This document shows positions 56,817-64,000 of a stretch of DNA of 64,000 nucleotides, in pieces; the first letter of the stretch is position 1; each line of letters starts with the position of its first letter. The stretch lies in the sequence record PP464953.1, one strand, 5' to 3'. The DNA is from Escherichia phage ECP2309. A model generated the notes under the pieces. The model saw only the letters and a list, made by a program, of their open reading frames with translations. It made no database searches and was not told the origin of the DNA. The translations under genes were made by a program, and so were the position numbers.

Positions 56817-58889
56817 TTATGAGAAGTCTGGCGGGACAACATCTTCTACATACCCTTTCAGAGCAACCTGCCCCATATGAAGCACGGTAGAATCTCTAGC
56901 GGTAACAGTGATGCTGTCAGACATTACTTGCGGGTATGCCCACACATACTGTTTTACCTCAGGGTATCTATACTCTATAGTTGCCATGTTTCCGCAAATA
57001 CATCTCCATAAAAATTCTTGGTAATTCCTAGTTGGGTCATAGCCATATACCGGAGCAAGCTCTTTACTAGGAACGAACCCTGCAAGGTATTGTATTTCAG
57101 ACGGTTGCCAACCTAACCTAACGATAGGTATGTTTACAGACTCTTTTGCCTTTTCAATACCTCCCTGCATCACCCAATCGTAGCACTCGGTGCAGAAGAA
57201 ATCAAGAGCACCTGCTTCCTTTTTATATTGGTCAGCAAGGTTCAGCTTTTGTGTAAGCTCGGTTTCCATAATGGTTGGGAAAAACAGCAAAGCTGTCATC
57301 TGAGCTGATGCAGCGTGTGCCTTTACTGCCTTTGAAATAGCCGCAATACGAGCGCCAAGCTTACCACGACAAAATGCCACATACTTGTCGTAAACACCGC
57401 CAGTTTTAGGATCGTCAATAGTCCCAATATCTAATGCATACTCACCTGTCTCATCATAAAACGCCTGCTTTGTAGGGTAATCATAAATACAAGGCCTACG
57501 AGTATCGGTATTGTACCACCACCACGGTTCACCAACCTGCATAATCACTGGCAGGTTGTTTCTCATAGCGGCTGATGCAAAATTCTTAAATACTGCAGTA
57601 AGGAAATTCATACCCTCTTCAATGGTTGGAGATAGGAGGTAGCTACAAGGTGTATACCCTGTTTTAGCGTAGTTATCGTTCCAGTCTCTTTGGGTCCATT
57701 CCAACGGGCAGGCATCGCTGAAAAGCTCAAAACTTACAGATTGCATAACGTCGAAGTTATGTCGTTTGGCATTGTACATAAAATCATCATGCCATTTATA
57801 AGCTGCAGCGTTTAGCGCTCCTGTTCTGTTTATAGACCATTGGGTTCCGGACCATGTGTAGTCATAATAATGACTCATACCAACATAATGGTTTATGGTT
57901 CCGGTATATCCCAGACGCTTGATATTGTTCAACACCCTTAAAGGAGAGACGTTCCACATATCGTCATATGCGGTGCAGATCCCAACGTCGTGCTCTCTCA
58001 CCTGAATATTATTAAGTTGCATCATTTTCCAGCCTGTGTCTGGCTGAAGCAAATCTAGGCGCAACTCACACTCTACATTTTCCGTTCTCGGGTCTGTGCT
58101 ATTACTTACCCAGTCTTTAGGCATGAGTGGTATTAAAATCCTTCTCACCTGCCGAGGATCAACACCCATCATGTTGTTGTTCTGGTCCATCCCGACGCAG
58201 TCCTCGAAATCAATATGAATTTCTGCAACATTCTTATCCTCTGAGATGCTGACAGCATATTGAGCTAAAGGAACATAGATGATTGTGCCATCAACAAGGT
58301 CTACAGTCATAATCATCTTTTCAGGAGTGGAGAAGTTGCTGGCGTTGGTTATTGACATTCTGAACCAAAGTTTGGTGTTTCTCATCTCATAGTGATCATC
58401 AAACCCAATACCGAAATGGTCATACTTGTCAACTGTTTCCCAAATGCATCCAGCCATACCCCCATATGTTCTTGACACTAAACGGTTAATACAACAGTTG
58501 TTATCTGCAACAATACAGGTACTTTCAGTCTGCTGAGTAGTTGTAACCCAATATCTTGGGTGGAACATTCTCTCCTCGACAGTATCCCAAGATATCCTGT
58601 CAAGATTCTCATCTGAAACTATTGTACATTTCGCCCTTTGTGTCCCGATCATCACCCCTTGAGATTTTGATGAAAACTCCATAAAGAAGCTTCTTGGCAA
58701 CCTGTTGGGTAATTTGTCAACAATTTCCACCGGAATCTCAATACTGGTTGCCCCGACTGGGATAGTTACATCGCCCTCAACATGATCATAATCCCTACCA
58801 GGAACGGCAGTATCCTGAACTGTGCGGTAATGAAACTGCGCAGCCATTGTAGAGTAATCACGGTAAGGTTTAAAAACAGCTGTTGCCAT
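56817..58889 (-). CDS. virion structural protein (baseplate/tail)
   Basis: 690 aa; position between baseplate-like genes and fibre genes. Confidence 0.6.
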   Translation of the reverse strand: MATAVFKPYRDYSTMAAQFHYRTVQDTAVPGRDYDHVEGDVTIPVGATSIEIPVEIVDKLPNRLPRSFFMEFSSKSQGVMIGTQRAKCTIVSDENLDRISWDTVEERMFHPRYWVTTTQQTESTCIVADNNCCINRLVSRTYGGMAGCIWETVDKYDHFGIGFDDHYEMRNTKLWFRMSITNASNFSTPEKMIMTVDLVDGTIIYVPLAQYAVSISEDKNVAEIHIDFEDCVGMDQNNNMMGVDPRQVRRILIPLMPKDWVSNSTDPRTENVECELRLDLLQPDTGWKMMQLNNIQVREHDVGICTAYDDMWNVSPLRVLNNIKRLGYTGTINHYVGMSHYYDYTWSGTQWSINRTGALNAAAYKWHDDFMYNAKRHNFDVMQSVSFELFSDACPLEWTQRDWNDNYAKTGYTPCSYLLSPTIEEGMNFLTAVFKNFASAAMRNNLPVIMQVGEPWWWYNTDTRRPCIYDYPTKQAFYDETGEYALDIGTIDDPKTGGVYDKYVAFCRGKLGARIAAISKAVKAHAASAQMTALLFFPTIMETELTQKLNLADQYKKEAGALDFFCTECYDWVMQGGIEKAKESVNIPIVRLGWQPSEIQYLAGFVPSKELAPVYGYDPTRNYQEFLWRCICGNMATIEYRYPEVKQYVWAYPQVMSDSITVTARDSTVLHMGQVALKGYVEDVVPPDFS

Positions 58890-59575
58890 TAACCCTCCTG
58901 TCTAGTTGCGTTTACTGTAATACTTTCACAATAAATGGTTGTGGTGTCCCAATCAGGTCTTACGTCAGGAACATACAGCAAAGTAGCCAGCCCACCAACT
59001 CCGAATTGGTTTTCTTCCCACACTGATCCGAAGCCAAGAGCTGTATGGTCCCCTTCAAAACCAAAAGCTTGCCCTTGCGATTCTGTAAGACGCAAATGAC
59101 AAGGCAATGGTAGCATGTCTAAGATCTGATCGATAGACTGCAATATGTCAAAGCAAGTTTTTCTAATATTTATGTCAAATCTGAAGTTGTCTCCTTTCCA
59201 CGTATCGAAATTGTCCCTTCCGAACAATTGTCGCAAGGTGGAGATGACATCTTCGCGAGTCCCACCCCTTGATGCTGCGGCCTGCTGAATAATCAGCGTG
59301 GCACGAAAATCAGCATCTGAAAGTCCATTCCTAAGAATACCAAGTTGATTACCAACTTCGTCAAGGTATCTTCCGCTAGCATTGTTAAGCAATCTTCCTT
59401 CAGCCAAACCTACCAGCATCTTATCAACATCCTCCAACCTTTTAAGGTACACGGTTAAGAATGTGACCAAATTAACCTTCTCAGCCAGAAAATCTCCAGG
59501 CAGGTAGTCAAGACCTCCCTGAACAAAATCTGGCAGAGTGTGGATGTGGTTAACATCCGACTTAATCTCTGCCAT
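58889..59575 (-). CDS. baseplate/tail protein
   Basis: 228 aa; ATGA-coupled to neighbours; assignment by position and loose resemblance only. Confidence 0.45.
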   Translation of the reverse strand: MAEIKSDVNHIHTLPDFVQGGLDYLPGDFLAEKVNLVTFLTVYLKRLEDVDKMLVGLAEGRLLNNASGRYLDEVGNQLGILRNGLSDADFRATLIIQQAAASRGGTREDVISTLRQLFGRDNFDTWKGDNFRFDINIRKTCFDILQSIDQILDMLPLPCHLRLTESQGQAFGFEGDHTALGFGSVWEENQFGVGGLATLLYVPDVRPDWDTTTIYCESITVNATRQEG

Positions 59576-59586
59576 ATCTCGCCGCC

Positions 59587-61077
59587 TTAAATAGTTTGTT
59601 GGAAAGTTATATTACTTTCGTCGAGGTCAAACACCTCGGTCATGTTCGCAACAATATCGTTTGTAGTGTAAGCTTCATCAGAAGCTCCTACTGGTTTAAC
59701 TTGAATTACCAGTCTATTAAATCTGCCTATTGACACAGCAGCAGATGCAGCACCGACCAATTGGATATTATACAACGTATCTGCAACATCCAGTCCGTTA
59801 ACAACCTGTAAAAGAGCCTCTACAATGGCATCTTTTTCGGTTGTGGAAAGCGCAGCACCAGAGTAGGTAATTCTTACATCCAGGCGGTAGGTATTTGCCT
59901 TGGAGTAATAAATTCTTTCAGTTTGACCGTCAGATGTAGTGACATCGTAGAAAATATTACCATAAGTCCTGTTCGTACAGGCTATAGTTTGGTAAAGTGC
60001 TTGGCAAATGTCCTCCGTTGCACCACCAAACACAACCACTTGGAACTTGTAAGGAGGTATACCTTTAGCATCAGTTTTATCGGTGTTGTTGGAGAACACT
60101 CTCACTTTCTCAACACCTTTCACCTCGCTTACAGCGCTAAGGATTGCAGGACGGGTAGCCTTAGATGTTAACTGTTTTGTGCTGGAAGCTCTTAAGCGAT
60201 ACTCTGAGTCTTTCTCAACATCTCTGCCCTCATTGAATCTTTCTCGGTTGGTAAGTTTGATAAATCCACTAGGGGTAGGTGACATTGTTGTCACGGTTTC
60301 TGCCTCTCTTGACAGCTCACCAGCCTCGTTAGCGATAACATCCAGGGTGATAGTTCTTTCTCCTACAATCGGGGATACTCTGAAATCTACCCTGCTATTA
60401 AGTCCAACTTGATCAAGATTCGAATTGTACCCTATCCACAACGTTCCTGTCAACATATCGATCTGAATCAAATCGTCGTTCAACAGGGTTGTATTATCGA
60501 CAATGAACTGCTTAATCTCTCCGTAAAAGCTTGGCAGATCAGAGGAGTCCAGAGCCTTATCTGTTAAAACCAGACTTTTTGTTTTGATACTTCCGTCTGT
60601 CTGGTTGGTAATTTGAAAGTTGTATTTCCCAATTCTTAGGTCTGGAGCGTTTATTCTGTGAGCAATAAGATTTCCAGCCACCTGCACATCGTTGCTAAGA
60701 ACAAAGTTGCCACTGTCCAGCGTATAAGTTTTGGAATCATAAATCATATTGTACGGCACAGTTGTGTTGATTGTCAACTGGCAGGTACCTGATGATTTAG
60801 AACGGCCTCTTCGGTAAATACCCTGCCTTCCAAGAAGCTCATCCAGGTAAATACCTTCTGCCCCATACAGCGTCTGTGATGCGTATACAGATGCTGCCAT
60901 AAGAATAAGTTGATATTCTCGCTCGTTGAAAATAGTGGTCAGCTTATCTGCAACTGAGTTACTCTGTACGTTGAAGTTTTCGCCAAAAGCACGGATCAGG
61001 CTTTGCTTAGTTTCAACGATTAGGTCATTTAGGGTTGGTATAACGAAACCAGCCTCTGTCAATCCATACTTAGCCAC
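59587..61077 (-). CDS. baseplate protein (possibly J-like)
   Basis: 496 aa; assignment by position and loose N-terminal resemblance. Confidence 0.45.
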   Translation of the reverse strand: MAKYGLTEAGFVIPTLNDLIVETKQSLIRAFGENFNVQSNSVADKLTTIFNEREYQLILMAASVYASQTLYGAEGIYLDELLGRQGIYRRGRSKSSGTCQLTINTTVPYNMIYDSKTYTLDSGNFVLSNDVQVAGNLIAHRINAPDLRIGKYNFQITNQTDGSIKTKSLVLTDKALDSSDLPSFYGEIKQFIVDNTTLLNDDLIQIDMLTGTLWIGYNSNLDQVGLNSRVDFRVSPIVGERTITLDVIANEAGELSREAETVTTMSPTPSGFIKLTNRERFNEGRDVEKDSEYRLRASSTKQLTSKATRPAILSAVSEVKGVEKVRVFSNNTDKTDAKGIPPYKFQVVVFGGATEDICQALYQTIACTNRTYGNIFYDVTTSDGQTERIYYSKANTYRLDVRITYSGAALSTTEKDAIVEALLQVVNGLDVADTLYNIQLVGAASAAVSIGRFNRLVIQVKPVGASDEAYTTNDIVANMTEVFDLDESNITFQQTI

Positions 61078-61146
61078 GTCACTCCTCCGGTATGAAAATC
61101 TCTACAAGGTATTTTACCAAATTTTGTAACAATAGTCAATCTGAGC

Positions 61147-61173
61147 ATAAAAATAAACCCCGCCGAAGCGGGG
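61147..61173 (-). terminator. rho-independent terminator
   Basis: CCCCGC-CGAA-GCGGGG followed on minus strand by TTTATTTTTAT. Confidence 0.6.
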
Positions 61174-61182
61174 CTTTAAAGG

Positions 61183-64000
61183 TTAGTCGTGAGACTCGTT
61201 CCAAGGTCCTTGGAAACTAGAGTTAGAACGGCTTACCACAACAGTAGGACAGGATATTGCGACCCCTGTTACAGAAGACGTTGACCATGGTGTGTAGATT
61301 TCAACAACAATATCTATGGTTTGTTCACCAAGACCCGTTATCCCTACTGCACACATACCGTTGTTGTCGTTTCCGTACTTCTTACCTGCAAGGATTTGAT
61401 GTCCGGCTATCCAAACGTTAAGCTGGGAGCCAGACAAGGTTCCGTTTAGTTTAAAGAAGAATGTTACGTTCTTACCTTGTCCTGAAACGTTGTCCACATA
61501 TCTCCACCTCCAACGGCAAACCCTCTGCTGTGAGTTATATACTGGAGGACAGTCACCGTAGGTTCTGTGTGCAACTATTGCACCTTCGAACTGGTTAGCA
61601 CGGATAACAGAAGCTTCTACACGCCCACGAAAGGTACCTCCGGTTGCATCTATGGTGCCCCTAAAGCTACCATTATTGGCATAAACATCCCCACGGAAGG
61701 TACCACTAGTGGCGTTAACTGCCCCTGTGAAGTTACCAGAACTGGCGTTGATGTTGCCTTTCACCCACACATCCATAAATTGGGCGTGCCCGTTCTTGTT
61801 AATATACCAACCGTATTTATGGTACCCGTTGCCATCGTAGTTGTTTGACGAAATTTCTTGTGCGATCTTGGCAGATGAAATCGTCCCGTTCTCTATAAAA
61901 GCATCTTTCAAGAACGCTTGGTTGTTCTTGATTGCGAAAGCAAGGGTTGCTGTTCCATTTCCAGGGTTGTATACCGCAAAATTGTTTGCACTAACCATGA
62001 AGTAGGATTGAACTTGGCCTCCAGACCCTTCCATCCCCAACTGGATACCTGCAACATATTTATTCCCTGCGGAGTCTACCTGTATTTTTGTGCCCCATTG
62101 AGCATTTACTTTACCCTCTAAGTCGGTTACAGCCTTAGATGTTGTAGCTACTGCAGCCCTGATCTCGGACACATCCCCAACATCATCAATGATCTCCTGC
62201 TTAGCAACAGCAAGTTCTTGACGAATAGCTGACGCTGTGCCGTTGATAAGGTCCACAGTAGCTTTGTTGGTATCGGAAATTGTAGCATCCAGCGCTGTTT
62301 TTGTGGAAGTCAGTTTTCCATCCAAAGCATCAATCGCCTGCTTGTTGGTAGAAATCTCCCCACGTGCAGAAGTTATCTGCTCTGACAGTGCAGATGTTTT
62401 CTGATTCAACAAGTCAGTGGTGGCCTTGTTGGTATTGGCAATCAAGGTGTTGAGGTCAGTTTTTGCGGTGGTTATCTTGCCATCCAGGGTGGTATAGTTT
62501 TTAGATACCGTCGCGTTTGTCTGACTGATCTTTTGATCCAGAGTTTCAGATGTCCTGTTCAAAAGATCCACAGTTGCCTGGTTAGTGCTCAAGATGCTTG
62601 CGTCAAGTTCTGTTCTCTGAGTATTGATCTTACCATCCAGAGTTTTATCTCCGGCTAAATACCCGCTCTCAACTCCCTCTATCTGCTCTACCAGCTCACC
62701 TTTGGCGGCAACCAATTTCTCATCTAAAGCCTCTGTCTTTTTGTTCAGAAGATCAGTAGTTGCTTTATTGGTTGTCTCGATCAGAGATGCCAGTCTGCCA
62801 CTTTCAGTGTTCAGATCGTTGGTGAATTTGTTCTGTGCAGCAACAAGTTTCCTATCCAGCGCTGTAATGTTACCATTGACATCTTCAAACTTCTGAGTTG
62901 TTTCTGTAACTACCGCACCTATTCTGTCCCCAAGTTGTTGGAACGCTTCATCTACCCTACCATCCATGTACCTGTTAAGTTCTGTGACACGATTTTCAAC
63001 CTCTTCAATAGAGGAATCCAAAGTGCTCATCAACTCTTTATAAGTTTCTGTCTTTTTGAATTCAGCATCTATCTGAGGCATCAAATCCTCAATAGAGGTA
63101 TAGCAGCGTGCAGCGCATTCTACAAACTGAGAGCTACCAAAAGCGTTTGTGGTTCGAATATACCAATAATAAACCTTATCGTTCTGCAGACCTTCAGATG
63201 TCCAAGTCGAACCAACACCCATACGGGTGGCTTCTGAAGTAACGGTTGCATCACTAGTGTCTGGCAACCTTGTCATACCAGATGTCCAAAAGTCATACTG
63301 GGTGCTTACACTTGCTAAATCCCTGCTGTGTGGAATCAAGGTGATAGCAAAGTATCCTTGCTTAACCTCTACAGAAACAGGAGCTTCAGGTGCCTGAATG
63401 TTAAACTCGCAGTACGCTTCTGGAGATACACCACCTTTATAAGATGTTGCAACCACGGTTGCTGTGTATGACCCTTTGGTCAAGCCTTCTACTCTGACAA
63501 ACTGCTCAACTGTCTGTGCTGTCCAAACAATCTCTCCGTTCTTTCTTACCTGCACAATATTTTGAGCGTAAGTTCCAACGTTGTCCCAAGCCAAAACACC
63601 GTGAGTTACTTCCCCAGCTTGGAGAACGGAGTATCTGAAGTTTTGCGGTTGAGCTACACCGGATGGGGATATCGGAATATCTACATCGCCGGAATCCGGA
63701 AGTTGCCCTGTGGCATCATTCCACTCTTTAGCATCTTGACGAAGTTTTACCTTGACACCGCCCTTTTTGGTGAACTCCCATTCAAGAACCCTCATTTCTT
63801 GGCCCACTATACCAATACTTGGGAGATTCATTGTAACGTAACGGCCAGGTTTAAATTTAAAACCTCGCATATTGCAGGTGACTTCAATAATCCTGCCAGC
63901 TCTAGCACGTCTTAAAAATATTGCAGAAACACGCTGAGCTTGATAAGGGCTGGTAACAAAGCGGTAGTCTATATCGATTATCTTTCTTTCTCCATCCTTC
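61183..64000 (-). CDS. tail fibre-like coiled-coil protein, 5' end outside window
   Basis: track ORF starts at 63870 but the frame stays open to position 64000, so the true start is beyond the window; ~35-aa tandem repeats (TNKATTDLLN-type). Confidence 0.65.
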   Translation of the reverse strand, partial: KDGERKIIDIDYRFVTSPYQAQRVSAIFLRRARAGRIIEVTCNMRGFKFKPGRYVTMNLPSIGIVGQEMRVLEWEFTKKGGVKVKLRQDAKEWNDATGQLPDSGDVDIPISPSGVAQPQNFRYSVLQAGEVTHGVLAWDNVGTYAQNIVQVRKNGEIVWTAQTVEQFVRVEGLTKGSYTATVVATSYKGGVSPEAYCEFNIQAPEAPVSVEVKQGYFAITLIPHSRDLASVSTQYDFWTSGMTRLPDTSDATVTSEATRMGVGSTWTSEGLQNDKVYYWYIRTTNAFGSSQFVECAARCYTSIEDLMPQIDAEFKKTETYKELMSTLDSSIEEVENRVTELNRYMDGRVDEAFQQLGDRIGAVVTETTQKFEDVNGNITALDRKLVAAQNKFTNDLNTESGRLASLIETTNKATTDLLNKKTEALDEKLVAAKGELVEQIEGVESGYLAGDKTLDGKINTQRTELDASILSTNQATVDLLNRTSETLDQKISQTNATVSKNYTTLDGKITTAKTDLNTLIANTNKATTDLLNQKTSALSEQITSARGEISTNKQAIDALDGKLTSTKTALDATISDTNKATVDLINGTASAIRQELAVAKQEIIDDVGDVSEIRAAVATTSKAVTDLEGKVNAQWGTKIQVDSAGNKYVAGIQLGMEGSGGQVQSYFMVSANNFAVYNPGNGTATLAFAIKNNQAFLKDAFIENGTISSAKIAQEISSNNYDGNGYHKYGWYINKNGHAQFMDVWVKGNINASSGNFTGAVNATSGTFRGDVYANNGSFRGTIDATGGTFRGRVEASVIRANQFEGAIVAHRTYGDCPPVYNSQQRVCRWRWRYVDNVSGQGKNVTFFFKLNGTLSGSQLNVWIAGHQILAGKKYGNDNNGMCAVGITGLGEQTIDIVVEIYTPWSTSSVTGVAISCPTVVVSRSNSSFQGPWNESHD

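Noticed and set aside
1-64000. tRNA genes, integrase, transposase or other mobile-element signatures
   Set aside because: I saw no T-loop GGTTCGAATCC-type sequence and no recombinase motifs by eye; this is a weak negative and needs tRNAscan-SE and profile searches to confirm

Overview
This window reads as part of a large virulent tailed-phage (Caudoviricetes) genome; I cannot name the phage without a database search. All calls are from reading the sequence and the ORF track by eye, with no searches run. Layout: (1) 1-1500, a gene-free, repeat-dense flank; (2) 1552-21160, about 50 short minus-strand early genes, many with their own sigma70-like promoter (TTGACA-N16-18-TAnnnT) followed by a 5'UTR hairpin and a Shine-Dalgarno site, interrupted by a 1.3-kb gene-free island (11968-13243) carrying repeated structured elements and iteron-like repeats; (3) 21212-39117, a minus-strand replication/DNA-metabolism module: family A DNA polymerase, TOPRIM primase fused to a DnaB-like helicase, two orphan DNA methyltransferases, a Dda/Pif1-like helicase, a GHKL (Hsp90/MORC-type) ATPase fusion, a secreted SleB-like cell-wall hydrolase and a MoxR-type AAA+ ATPase; (4) 39197-45941, a plus-strand cluster containing the vWA/HExxH partner of the AAA+ ATPase, a HAD-like hydrolase and Cys-rich small proteins, ending at a bidirectional terminator; (5) 45988-64000, a minus-strand virion module: a 1878-aa structural protein, two paralogous tail-fibre genes flanking a tail-fibre assembly chaperone, baseplate-like proteins, and a coiled-coil fibre-like gene that runs off the window end. 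The candidates for something new are the GHKL ATPase fusion, the split AAA+/vWA pair, the macro-domain early protein, and the non-coding island (candidate origin or ncRNAs). Many track ORFs carry N-terminal extensions that are really translated promoter/UTR sequence; where the frame arithmetic and an SD supported it I moved the start, otherwise starts are provisional. Hand-derived non-coding coordinates are good to about 2 nt.
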